This document shows positions 28,117 to 38,306 of a DNA stretch of 64,000 nt, in pieces. Positions within the stretch are counted from its first letter, which is position 1, and the number at the start of each line of letters is the position of its first letter. The notes beneath the pieces were generated by a model. That model did not search any database and was not told the DNA's origin. It was given only the letters and a program-made list of their open reading frames with translations. The position numbers and the translations under genes were made by a program. Source of the stretch: a virus; IMG/VR virus record IMGVR_UViG_3300044729_002678, positions 64,001 through 128,000 of that record. The stretch is one strand, 5' to 3'.

Positions 28117-30462
28117 TTAATAGAATAAACCTAAAATTTGATTAATCGGAGCGAAAACTCCAGTAAGTTTCAGAGTATTGCCTTTATATACAAAAACAAT
28201 TCCTTCTTTTGGAACAATTTTATTTACACCACCAATCGCTTCTAATCTTTCTAATTCCATTTTAAGCTTAGCAACTTTCTTAGGGTCTCCACCCGTTTTA
28301 ACATCTTTAATAGTTTGGTCTAATCTCGTTTTAATACTACGAATTGCTTCATCGGGATTTACAGTTAGTACTGAACTCATAAATGATAATACCTCAGAAC
28401 CAACACCCAAAAATATATCCTCAAATGGTCGAATATTATCTTTTGATATTTTTTGGTGGTCGTTTTTATCCACACCCAATGCCCATTGTAATACTTTTTC
28501 CGATTTAATTGTTTTGTTACTTAATCCAAAACCTTTATTAAAGAATGCCCACCTTCTTATTAATCCGTCTTTTGTTTCTTTATCTAACTTTTCAGGTGAA
28601 TTTTTTTCTATGTAATCATCCCACCAAGCCTGATGATACTCTGCCATACCATAGCTATCTTTTAACCCAAATTTAGATTGTAATTTTTGCAACATCCCCA
28701 AAAACTTTGGTTGTAATTGTTTTAAGCTTTCCTCTTTTGGTAATTGAGTAACGGGTGGTCCTTGTATGGTATATTTGTCTTGAACATGCTGATTTACTTG
28801 TTTAATCATCCCAGCTAATACGGTAGCATCAGATTGCTCTGCTCCAATTGCCACACCACTATCATCGTATTCAGTTGTGTTATGAAATACTAATAGAGCC
28901 TGACCATAAGGTATTACATTTACGGAGGTTGGATAAATAACCTCTAAGTTCATAAATTTCTTACCCTGCTTAAATATTTTGTCCCGTTGTGCTTTGGATA
29001 AACTACCCATTGCTTTTTCTAAATCTTTCATAGCAAAGTTGTAAGCATCAGTTAATCCACCTCTACCAGCAAATTTAGTAGCAACATCCTTTATGGACAT
29101 TGCGTTTTCACCACTATTTGCTAAATGCCCTTTATTTCTTGCAGCAATTAATCCCCTATCATCTCTCCAGCTAATAGCAAGTGCTTGGCCATCTGTTTTT
29201 TCTCGAGTCAGTTCAAGTTCACCATTTAGGGCTTTTGTTATTATGTTTTTTAAATCACCAAAAGTTAAATTTAATTCATTATCAAATGGATGATTCATAT
29301 GACCGTATGCACCACCTTCGGTTAAAAAGTTGGAAAACCTTTTACCAATAGTTTCCAATAATTTATATTGTTTTTTATCTAATATTTCTAGTTTTTTACC
29401 AAGTACCCACTCAACAACCTCATAACCCATTCCTCTATATACTTCTTTTAAATCAACATCTTCTAATCCAGTTATTTCAACCTCCGGCGCATTTTGGGTA
29501 GTATCTAACGGAGATGTTGCCAGGTCAGCAGTTAAATAATCTTCGGTTTCAGGAATATCCAACAAATCATCCATTGTGAATACCTTTCTCCTACTTACAT
29601 ATTGATAAAAATCACCAGTACCTTTTGCACTTTTTCTAACCATTACATCTGCTTTTGGAAAATGCATTTGGGTATATCCACCATTTACAAACCAATAATC
29701 ATTTTTTTGTGCACCTTTTCCTAGTCCTAATATTCTTTCTTTATTATCTGGAACATAAATTGCATCAGGTTCTCCTGCATCCGCACCATATCCGCCACCT
29801 AATGTCGATTCAATTAGGGGAACTATATTATAATTTTGTAAAAAATTGGTTACTATTTCGTTTACACCACCCAACCTTTTAGAAATCATATTAAATATTT
29901 CCTGATTCCATTGTGGGTATGCTTTCTTAAAACCGGCTTTCTTTTGTGAATCGCTCCCCTTCGATAACCAATTACGAACATCAGTTCCACTTATTGGATT
30001 CTTTTGAGAAGGTGATACATACACATACCCATGGTCTTTATAACCAAATGCGGGTTTGAAACCATCGCCCGAATGAAATTTCTTAAAATACTTTCCACCA
30101 AGTCTTGCAGCGTCTTTCTCACCAACAACAGTTACAAATGCGGTTGTTTCATCTGAAAACTTTTTTAGTATTTCCGTTGGATTATATGGATTTTTTACTT
30201 GAACAATTTTGTTGGGTGGAACACCAAACATTGTGGTCATTATTTTTTTCTTCTCCAAAAAATTGAAAGGGTCTTTTGGTCCACCACTTTTGTTGGATGT
30301 CCCAATGAATACATTTTCTTTACCGAATTTTGATACTAAATGCGCATATGTTGCGTAATGCCCTTTATGAAATGGTTGAAATCTACCCGCGTAAACTACA
30401 ACAGTCTTATTTACTTCTTCGGTTAATACAGATTTAACCCATTCTTTTATTAAATTTCCCAT
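28117..30462 (-). CDS. Fusion of HIGH-motif nucleotidyltransferase and a KxDG ligase-like domain
   Basis: AGRFQPFHKGH...ISGTDVR (cytidylyltransferase-like); GGAYGHMNHPFD...EKTDGQ...EGIVF C-terminal domain; leader MGNLIKEWVKSVLTE; TATTTATA at 30468-30475. Confidence 0.7.
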   Translation of the reverse strand: MGNLIKEWVKSVLTEEVNKTVVVYAGRFQPFHKGHYATYAHLVSKFGKENVFIGTSNKSGGPKDPFNFLEKKKIMTTMFGVPPNKIVQVKNPYNPTEILKKFSDETTAFVTVVGEKDAARLGGKYFKKFHSGDGFKPAFGYKDHGYVYVSPSQKNPISGTDVRNWLSKGSDSQKKAGFKKAYPQWNQEIFNMISKRLGGVNEIVTNFLQNYNIVPLIESTLGGGYGADAGEPDAIYVPDNKERILGLGKGAQKNDYWFVNGGYTQMHFPKADVMVRKSAKGTGDFYQYVSRRKVFTMDDLLDIPETEDYLTADLATSPLDTTQNAPEVEITGLEDVDLKEVYRGMGYEVVEWVLGKKLEILDKKQYKLLETIGKRFSNFLTEGGAYGHMNHPFDNELNLTFGDLKNIITKALNGELELTREKTDGQALAISWRDDRGLIAARNKGHLANSGENAMSIKDVATKFAGRGGLTDAYNFAMKDLEKAMGSLSKAQRDKIFKQGKKFMNLEVIYPTSVNVIPYGQALLVFHNTTEYDDSGVAIGAEQSDATVLAGMIKQVNQHVQDKYTIQGPPVTQLPKEESLKQLQPKFLGMLQKLQSKFGLKDSYGMAEYHQAWWDDYIEKNSPEKLDKETKDGLIRRWAFFNKGFGLSNKTIKSEKVLQWALGVDKNDHQKISKDNIRPFEDIFLGVGSEVLSFMSSVLTVNPDEAIRSIKTRLDQTIKDVKTGGDPKKVAKLKMELERLEAIGGVNKIVPKEGIVFVYKGNTLKLTGVFAPINQILGLFY

Positions 30463-30495
30463 ATGAATATAAATATAAGATTATTGATTAATCAA

Positions 30496-32274
30496 TTATG
30501 ATGTATATGATGATGAATAATATGGTAAAAATATTATAACATCTGCTAGCCCAGAACCACCCGAATAATCATTTTTTAATTTAATTTGTAGATATCCATC
30601 TGGGTCGGCCAAAATACCCACAACATCAAGCTCACTTCTATTTGGATTTCTAATTATCGGAATATCACCATTCGTCCAATCGGTTTTATTTTGGTCGTTC
30701 AAAGTTTCTGGTACTGGTGGGGTTGTTCCTCCCCAAATAGTACCTGTTAAATCTAATCCCAATCGATCATATTCGGTTTCAGTAATAACATCCGAAATAT
30801 TTGTTGATAATGTGTATGCGCTGTTTGCAGTAGTAGTTGTTGTTACTAAGCTACTACTTACTGATGTCAATGTAGAATTAGTTGTTACTAAACTACTACT
30901 CACCGATGTCAATTCGGAGTTAGTTGTTATTAAACTACTACTCACATCAATAACAATATCACTTAAAGATGATAAAGATTGGCTTAATTCGGTGATATCA
31001 CCGCCACCAGTTGATTGAGCATTATATCCTTGAAAATAATGGTTATATAATACCGACTCGTAGTTTGCAAAATCGTTTAGAGAATTTAAATATTCAACCT
31101 TTATATCATTTGCAGTATTTTTATTTGGTGGGTTAAAAATAAATGTATAAGTTGATTCGGTTAAATTTGTTTTTGTATCAGAATAGATATCTGTCAAAGA
31201 ACCTGTTATAGGTTCGTTTATTAATTTTGTTCCAATTAACTGATACTCGGTTGTAGCATCCCCCGTTGCTTTTGATTTAATATAAACATTTATTTTATCA
31301 ATATTACCTACAAGTGGATTTATATTCTTTACTGTGATATGTGCTAGTGATTGAGAAAATGTGGTAGCAGAACCAGTATTAATAGTTTCTAAAATAAAAC
31401 TACCCGTAGAAAATGCGGTAAATGTTTTTTGTAATGATTCGGTTTTAGTTATTACCGATGCCGTCAATGGTCTATCAACCCTAAATTTTCTGCTTGTTAA
31501 AAAAGATTGTATGGATGCAGTATAACTTAATGGTTTTAACATACCAGCACTTATTTCTGCTGATGTAAGTTGTGGTGTTAATGAAACATTTTGTAAATTA
31601 ATTTTTATTTGACCACCAACCGAATTTTGATTTAATTGATATGATGGTGTTTCTAAAAAAACATTTTGACCTGAAAAATCAGATGAGTAAACAATAGTTT
31701 GATTGATAGATTGTGTTACTAATTGTAATGAAGTTTCTGCTGGTATTTCTTTATAAAACGATAGTGATTCAGATACAGTTATAGTTGGCGCTGCATTCTG
31801 ATTAAAGAAAACAATTGGAGATTCGGTTCTAACATCCCTACTTATAGAAAATCGTCTACGCCACCTAACATTTAAAACATTTTTAAATTCTTCTGGTATA
31901 TCTCCACCAACAGCCGTTCTTTCGGCTATTCCACACAATATAATTTCACCAACACCATTTGGGGTGTTGTAGGAATCATCTCTTTCACCATAAACCCAAG
32001 CCGAAATATATCTTGATAAATCTCCTGGTTCGTAATCAGGTATCTCATAATATATTGATTCACCATTTATATCTAATATCTCAATGTATATTTGTGAATT
32101 TGCTTTTAATGTAAATCTACTTGGTTTTATTCGTATGGCATTTTTACCCCTACCAAAAAAAGATGGAAATTCTTTAATACCAAAATATTCATCAGATGTT
32201 GATGAATTATCTTCTATATAAACAGGTATTAATTTTAAATTTTCTTTAAATCTTTTTTTAAACTCTAACGGCAT
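30496..32274 (-). CDS. Putative virion structural protein with 14-aa coiled-coil repeats
   Basis: VSSSL(I/V)TT repeats at 42-bp period near 30840-30945; GGGAG SD and TACTTATA (32291-32298) upstream. Confidence 0.55.
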   Translation of the reverse strand: MPLEFKKRFKENLKLIPVYIEDNSSTSDEYFGIKEFPSFFGRGKNAIRIKPSRFTLKANSQIYIEILDINGESIYYEIPDYEPGDLSRYISAWVYGERDDSYNTPNGVGEIILCGIAERTAVGGDIPEEFKNVLNVRWRRRFSISRDVRTESPIVFFNQNAAPTITVSESLSFYKEIPAETSLQLVTQSINQTIVYSSDFSGQNVFLETPSYQLNQNSVGGQIKINLQNVSLTPQLTSAEISAGMLKPLSYTASIQSFLTSRKFRVDRPLTASVITKTESLQKTFTAFSTGSFILETINTGSATTFSQSLAHITVKNINPLVGNIDKINVYIKSKATGDATTEYQLIGTKLINEPITGSLTDIYSDTKTNLTESTYTFIFNPPNKNTANDIKVEYLNSLNDFANYESVLYNHYFQGYNAQSTGGGDITELSQSLSSLSDIVIDVSSSLITTNSELTSVSSSLVTTNSTLTSVSSSLVTTTTTANSAYTLSTNISDVITETEYDRLGLDLTGTIWGGTTPPVPETLNDQNKTDWTNGDIPIIRNPNRSELDVVGILADPDGYLQIKLKNDYSGGSGLADVIIFLPYYSSSYTS

Positions 32275-32289
32275 TTGTATCTCCCATAA

Positions 32290-35200
32290 TTATAAGTATT
32301 TTATAGATGAAAAAGAGTTTACTTTATTAATATCAATTATCTGGTCTACCATATCCCTCGTTTTATCTATATGGGATATTGTAATAATAAAATCAAATTG
32401 AGTTTTTAAATAATCAAATAACAAATACAAAGAATTAAAATTATCAGTATCCAAAGAACCAAATCCCTCATCAATAGCGATAAAATTTGGATGAGGTAAG
32501 TTGGATACATTGATTAACGCAGTTCTAATTGCGATAGAACTTACAAACTTTTCCATACCACTAGTCAATTCTAATGGCCAATACTTATCATCTCCATAAC
32601 AAATATATGAATTGATATTTTTACCATCAGTGTCCAATATAATTTGGAAATCTACAATTGGTTGAAGTATATTGTTTATTTCTACTTCCAGCTTTGGTAA
32701 TATTTCTGATATCAACCCATATGGAATACCATCTCTTTTTACAGCTGATAAATAATACTCATATCCGGCATACTTTATTTCCATCAAATTTAATTTTTCA
32801 ATAGATTGATTCACCGTTTCAATTATATTTTGTTGAACCCGTAAACCCCCCAATAAATCAATCAAATTATTTGTAGCATTCGCAAGTTCGGATTGAACCC
32901 CTTTTCTTTTTTGCTTCAAATCATTAATTTCTTCAGTTAATATCCTATTGAACTCAACAGATTTTTCTTGCTTTTTAGCCCTTTCAATATCATCAACCAA
33001 TTTTTCATATCTTGTTTCAATCTTTGTATAATCGGATTTATAATCGTTTAATTGAGATAATAGTAAGTAATATTTGCTATTGGTTTGTTGCTCCTTTTCT
33101 TTGATTTGGTTTACCTTTTCTAAATCGGATTTCACATCACAACCACGCTGCGCTTCTATTTTTTCACTCAACTGGATTTTTAACTCATCAATTTTTGTGT
33201 TTAACGAATTTATCTTTTTTTCTAACTCCAAACTTTGTTGTGCAAATGGTGTATTTTTATTATTTACACAATGTTCACAATTATCATCGTATGTAAAAGA
33301 ACCAATACCTTCTAAATGCTTTTTACTGTGCGATAAATCAATTTCATACTTTGATACAGTTCCCCTTATTAAAGAAATATCACGCTCTAAAATACGCCAT
33401 TCATTATCTTTTTGTTTTAATTCTTCTAAATTATATTGAGTATAAAAATCAGAAATCCTAGAAAGTTTTTCTTGTAATGGAACTAAATCTGCTTCCATAT
33501 CTCTAATGGTGTATGATATTACTTTGCTATCATTTTTACAGTCAATCAGTTCATTGTTAAGCGATTCTAAATTTAATGTTCCATCCACTACAACCAACTT
33601 AGTAGATTTATTTTCAATATTTTGATTCAATATGTTTAATTGAGATTCTAATTCAACTTTTTCAGATTCCAATTTAGAAATAGAACCTGTCATAGCTTGA
33701 ACATTCAATTCAGCAGATGATAATTTTGTTGGAAAATCTTGTCCCTTATAATCTTTCAATAGGGTTGATAATTCTTTTATTTCTTCACTTGCCACAGAAT
33801 ATAACTGCTCAAACACATCCATATCCAAAAATTGAGCAAGTAGTTCTTTTCTTTCTTTCTGCGATTTATCAATAAAACCTGAATTATTAAATTGAGTAGA
33901 AAGAGCAGTCAATATAAAATCATCATATGTTCCCACATACTGCCTGATAACCGAGTTTGTATCCCTTCTTTCATCACCATTCAAACTTTCAATATCACCA
34001 GCATCATTGTAAGTATAAAACTGAGTATCAACTTTTACAGTTCCTTTTTTTGTAGATTTATTTGCTTTTCTTTCAATAACATAATCCCTCCCATTCAACT
34101 CGAAAATAAACTTACAATAAAAGTTGTTTTTAGAATAATTCATTACATCAACTGCTTTTGATGTCCTCGAACACTTATCAAAAATACAAAAAGATAAAGC
34201 ATCCCACAAAGATGATTTACCACTTGCGTTTGGCGCAAAGACACCATACGCACCTTTCATATTTTGAAAGTTTATATAGTTATCTTCACCATACGAAAAC
34301 ATATTTGAGAACTCAAATACCTTTGGTATCCAAACCGAACTTCTTATTGAATATGGATTTACAATTTTTGAGTTTATATCAGCGTTAATACTCTTTACAA
34401 CTTCCAATGTTTCAGTATCAATTCCAAATTTTGATATTAAATAATCTTCCAACAATTTGTTTTGAAAACCAACATCTCTGACATTGTATAAAGTTATTTG
34501 CTCTCTTTTACCAACATCATTCGTAGATAATACTTTTTGAATACTTAATTCTTCTACTTCGTATTTCTTTTTTAATTGTGTTATAATCTTATTTAATTGG
34601 GTTGTTGTAGTATCTTTTACCCGCAACCTTAATCTGGGTTTTGGTGGAATGTATCCATTTGTAGTTATTTTACCACCATCAATATCTATCGTTCCATACC
34701 CATACGCATTCTCAATATGAACGAATGTAGAGGACTTTGTTTGTATATCCCATACCAATATACCATGTTCAGGATAAATTGATTCTGAGTGGTTCTGTGA
34801 AATCAGGGAGCCTGGATATTTTATTGTATGCACTCCCCCAACCGAATTGTTGGGAACGTGGATATCCCCCAAAAGAACTAAGTCATATCCATTAAAAGAT
34901 TCTACCGTAACTTTTTTATTATCAATTTTAAAACCATGTTCGGTTTGTATTCCATCAACCGGCCCATGAAATAAACCTATCTTAAATTCACCATCAACAT
35001 CTGAGCTGGGTATAAATCCATCCGAACCATCAAAAACGGATTTGTGTACAAAAGTAACACCACCAAATTCAAATATTGTTGTGTTTTTATAGTAATGTAA
35101 ATTTGGGTGATTTAAAGCTTGGACAATTGGTGAAAGAGCATCTAATCGTGAAGGATTATTTAAGTTTGCATCATGATTACCAGGAATCAAAATTGTAGGC

Positions 35201-35430
35201 ATGATATCAGATAAACTTCTTAAAAAGTTTTGCGTCATATCAACTACTTCAGGTGTCATATCAGTTTTAGCATGAACAATATCGCCTGCAAGAAGGATAA
35301 TTGAATCATCATCCCTTACCGATTTTAGATAATCATATAAACGATTAAACACCAAACTATATTCTTTATGCCTTTTTAAATTTCGGATATGAATATCTGC
35401 TATGTGATAAATCTTATTTAACTTCTTCAT
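32290..35430 (-). CDS. Fused SbcD/Mre11 nuclease and SbcC/Rad50 ATPase (gp47-gp46 fusion)
   Basis: ADIH, AGDIVH, GNHD, GDIH phosphoesterase motifs; APNASGKS Walker A, CEHC zinc hook, TSGME signature, IDEGFGSLD Walker B, ISH; all in one ORF. Confidence 0.93.
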   Translation of the reverse strand: MKKLNKIYHIADIHIRNLKRHKEYSLVFNRLYDYLKSVRDDDSIILLAGDIVHAKTDMTPEVVDMTQNFLRSLSDIMPTILIPGNHDANLNNPSRLDALSPIVQALNHPNLHYYKNTTIFEFGGVTFVHKSVFDGSDGFIPSSDVDGEFKIGLFHGPVDGIQTEHGFKIDNKKVTVESFNGYDLVLLGDIHVPNNSVGGVHTIKYPGSLISQNHSESIYPEHGILVWDIQTKSSTFVHIENAYGYGTIDIDGGKITTNGYIPPKPRLRLRVKDTTTTQLNKIITQLKKKYEVEELSIQKVLSTNDVGKREQITLYNVRDVGFQNKLLEDYLISKFGIDTETLEVVKSINADINSKIVNPYSIRSSVWIPKVFEFSNMFSYGEDNYINFQNMKGAYGVFAPNASGKSSLWDALSFCIFDKCSRTSKAVDVMNYSKNNFYCKFIFELNGRDYVIERKANKSTKKGTVKVDTQFYTYNDAGDIESLNGDERRDTNSVIRQYVGTYDDFILTALSTQFNNSGFIDKSQKERKELLAQFLDMDVFEQLYSVASEEIKELSTLLKDYKGQDFPTKLSSAELNVQAMTGSISKLESEKVELESQLNILNQNIENKSTKLVVVDGTLNLESLNNELIDCKNDSKVISYTIRDMEADLVPLQEKLSRISDFYTQYNLEELKQKDNEWRILERDISLIRGTVSKYEIDLSHSKKHLEGIGSFTYDDNCEHCVNNKNTPFAQQSLELEKKINSLNTKIDELKIQLSEKIEAQRGCDVKSDLEKVNQIKEKEQQTNSKYYLLLSQLNDYKSDYTKIETRYEKLVDDIERAKKQEKSVEFNRILTEEINDLKQKRKGVQSELANATNNLIDLLGGLRVQQNIIETVNQSIEKLNLMEIKYAGYEYYLSAVKRDGIPYGLISEILPKLEVEINNILQPIVDFQIILDTDGKNINSYICYGDDKYWPLELTSGMEKFVSSIAIRTALINVSNLPHPNFIAIDEGFGSLDTDNFNSLYLLFDYLKTQFDFIITISHIDKTRDMVDQIIDINKVNSFSSIKYL

Positions 35431-36362
35431 TTTCTCCCAAACATTTTGTGTTCAACCAACTTTAATAAATCAAGCGGAGGTGTATTATATATTTTAGTGT
35501 TTATTTTGTCATACCCCAATTCAGATGCATCTTCTTTATCCAAATCAACCAAATGTGATTGAATACCAAATCCCATAAGTTTTTCACACAACTGAATAGA
35601 ATTTTGGATAGCATCTTTATCAAGACACACATACACTTTGGATACTTTTTTATCTAATATCTTTTTTTCTAACTTTTGCGGAATGGTTTTACCAAAAATT
35701 GGTATTGCGTTCCTACGAATAGAGATAGCATCAAAGACACCCTCACAAATTACAATTGCTTCATTCCAATTTATAAATAAATCAAAACCAATAATATCTT
35801 TTGATACTTTTGGGTTCTTATGCTTTTGTGGTGTATCGTAAAAAGCCCTACTGACAAAGTAATTTAATATACCCTCCGAATCATAGGATGGAATTATTAT
35901 CCTATTAGAATATACACCCTCTTCACAATAACCTATATTGTATTTAACAATATCACCAGGTCTTATACCCCGTCCCAAAACATAATTAAGAGCATGATTA
36001 TAAATTGGTGATTTTCTATTTTCCCATAATGGATGAAACTCTTTTGGCAATTCCACCCTTTCTATAACATCATTATATTCCCTCTGAGTTACAAATCTAT
36101 CAACTTTACTTAAAATAGAGTTGTGTTCATCCCAAACCTCTTTTGATACACCCAGCTTCTTAAAAAGAGAACGGATTGTTTTTCCTTTCTCGTCTGAAAT
36201 CCAACAGTGCCAACGATTTTCACCATTTTGGGTTTTAATATTTATTTCAAGCTTTGGTTTATAGTGGTCTGTAAATGGTGAGTAAAAAGCATAATTATCC
36301 CCAGTAGTTTTTTTACTCTTTCCCAATACCCGTTCTAAAAGCTCAAGCAGTCTTTCTTCCAT
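35427..36362 (-). CDS. DNA primase (Toprim)
   Basis: RIIIP, CEGVFDA, LDKDA motifs. Confidence 0.88.
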   Translation of the reverse strand: MEERLLELLERVLGKSKKTTGDNYAFYSPFTDHYKPKLEINIKTQNGENRWHCWISDEKGKTIRSLFKKLGVSKEVWDEHNSILSKVDRFVTQREYNDVIERVELPKEFHPLWENRKSPIYNHALNYVLGRGIRPGDIVKYNIGYCEEGVYSNRIIIPSYDSEGILNYFVSRAFYDTPQKHKNPKVSKDIIGFDLFINWNEAIVICEGVFDAISIRRNAIPIFGKTIPQKLEKKILDKKVSKVYVCLDKDAIQNSIQLCEKLMGFGIQSHLVDLDKEDASELGYDKINTKIYNTPPLDLLKLVEHKMFGRK

Positions 36363-36957
36363 AACCCCTTAAATCATATGTATAAATATGTTTCGGTAAA
36401 TTAGTAATTATTTTTACACCGGAATCACCAGCTTTATATCTCTTGTTTATTTCAACACCATACGGCCTATCCAACATAGAAAGTGTTCTAATGTGAAATG
36501 ATTTTCCATCAACCTCCAAAGATTTTGATGGGGATGTTTCACCTAAATAATTAAAATTAGAAGCCCGATATATAACACCACTATGCCCTTGATTTTGGTC
36601 TGCGTAACTTATAATATATTCCCAATCCGTATTTTTCTTTAACCACTTAATTGTTTTGGATATAAAATAGGACTCTGCGTTTTTGGGTGTATCATCAACC
36701 AAACACAATCTTCGTAACTCCAATACCTTATCAGGACGAGTGGGGTGATAAGTCTGCCCAGCAGTTGGGCCGGCAGGACGGGTGTAAATGCAGACACCAA
36801 TTATTTCAGGCATTCCAAAATTTCCTTCACGCAATAAAATAAAAGCGTGTTTTGTTTGTATATTGACATAATCCGAGTAGTGCCATCTTTTCAAGAAAGC
36901 ACGAATGTTAGAATTAAATGTAGTATGCTCTACTGCGTATGTTTTTATTATACCCAT
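36343..36957 (-). CDS. Mom-like (GNAT-fold) DNA modification protein
   Basis: HYS, ELRRL, KNAESYFIS, ISYADQNQGHSGVIYRASNF pattern recalled from the Mu Mom family. Confidence 0.75.
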   Translation of the reverse strand: MGIIKTYAVEHTTFNSNIRAFLKRWHYSDYVNIQTKHAFILLREGNFGMPEIIGVCIYTRPAGPTAGQTYHPTRPDKVLELRRLCLVDDTPKNAESYFISKTIKWLKKNTDWEYIISYADQNQGHSGVIYRASNFNYLGETSPSKSLEVDGKSFHIRTLSMLDRPYGVEINKRYKAGDSGVKIITNLPKHIYTYDLRGYGRKTA

Positions 36958-36963
36958 TCCCAC

Positions 36964-36995
36964 ACAATATACAACAGAAAATCTAATTATCCAAA
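36964..36995 (-). promoter_or_regulatory. Bacteroidetes-type -33/-7 promoter (TTTG-N20-TATATTGT)
   Basis: Same spacing as four other sites in the window. Confidence 0.6.
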
Positions 36996-37406
36996 TAAAA
37001 ATGATTTTGGTTCTTCATTTATCCACTCTTGTGGTATATCTTTATTAGACCACTTAAATCCATTTTTATCTGCCCACATTCCATATGTAGTTTTTGATTT
37101 TTTAGTTAATTTTGCGTTTGGGTTCTGAAATACAAATCTAATATCTAAATCAGGTTTTTGCTGTTTTATCAAAAGATGTTTTTTTCTATCTTCTAATGTG
37201 AATCTTCCTTTTGTTTCCACGAATATTCCGTTTGGTAATCTAAAATCAGGCTTATATGTGTGATTTGTAGCAGGTTTAGTATATTGTATTTGATGCTTTT
37301 CATATTCACCATCAATACCCTTACTTTTTAATTCATCCGAAACTTTATCCTCAAGACCGGAGCGATGCCCCTTAGTCCTTTGGATATGACCCCAATTTTT
37401 TCCCAT
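36987..37406 (-). CDS. T7 endonuclease I-like Holliday junction resolvase
   Basis: RSGLE, YKPDF, VETKGRF, DRKKHL, DIRFVF, TTYGMWA motifs. Confidence 0.93.
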   Translation of the reverse strand: MGKNWGHIQRTKGHRSGLEDKVSDELKSKGIDGEYEKHQIQYTKPATNHTYKPDFRLPNGIFVETKGRFTLEDRKKHLLIKQQKPDLDIRFVFQNPNAKLTKKSKTTYGMWADKNGFKWSNKDIPQEWINEEPKSFLFG

Positions 37407-37408
37407 AA

Positions 37409-38293
37409 CTAATCTATATCAAACTTCACATTTATAAATAAATCCGTAATTACACTTTTCTTTAAAGGTGCACCTAATTTAGCAACAGCCATCATTTCAT
37501 CGTTATCATTATATAATCCAATCGTTGTAATATATGGAGAAAATACGGATGATGTTGTAAACCCTGCTCTACTTCCAAAAGAACCACTAACTAATGATGT
37601 TGGGTGAGTAGATACATTAAACTCATCTTTACCAATATGACAGGTTATATTTGTTTCATCAATTGTTTTTGTTGCTTTATAATTTAAAACAAACCCACGA
37701 TTTGATGTGTAATCCCATTCACCATTACCCAAAAAAGTGTTTTGATTAATTGATGAGGTGTTAGTCATTACAATCAAACCCTCCCTATAAAAAATATAAC
37801 CATATGTTGCTGATGATGATACAATAGTTCCAAAATTAGAATCTATTTTAGAATCGGTATAATATCTAAAATCGGTGGATGAACCATAATAATTTGTTAT
37901 ATTAACTGATTTAGGTTTTATTTCATACCCAAACTTATAAACAGGAACTGATAAAATTGATGCTGTTGGGTGTAGTGTTAATCTTGAATCATCTGCAAAA
38001 TGCGTTTGATACAAGCTTCTCCATAAAGTTTTTTGATAAATACCACTCAAACCATCATAGGTAGAACTTTGTGTTAAATCGGTAGAGGTAAATTCAAACG
38101 CACCACTAACATGCGGTTTAATAGCTCTTAGGGTTGAAATACCAAACGATGTATAATGATTTGAATCGGTTACTTCATACCTTTTATGTGCAATAAATTC
38201 TCTTTCTTGAGAAAATAATTGATTTATTCTTTTAAACCCAACATTAATGGTTTCGGAATTACTTCCTCTTAATACAATTTTTTGTTCTGCCAT
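37409..38293 (-). CDS. Virion structural protein (baseplate/fibre attachment-like)
   Basis: C-terminal YITTIGLYN..EMMAVAKL motif shared with 38307-39383. Confidence 0.6.
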   Translation of the reverse strand: MAEQKIVLRGSNSETINVGFKRINQLFSQEREFIAHKRYEVTDSNHYTSFGISTLRAIKPHVSGAFEFTSTDLTQSSTYDGLSGIYQKTLWRSLYQTHFADDSRLTLHPTASILSVPVYKFGYEIKPKSVNITNYYGSSTDFRYYTDSKIDSNFGTIVSSSATYGYIFYREGLIVMTNTSSINQNTFLGNGEWDYTSNRGFVLNYKATKTIDETNITCHIGKDEFNVSTHPTSLVSGSFGSRAGFTTSSVFSPYITTIGLYNDNDEMMAVAKLGAPLKKSVITDLFINVKFDID

Positions 38294-38306
38294 TAATTAT
38301 CATTGT

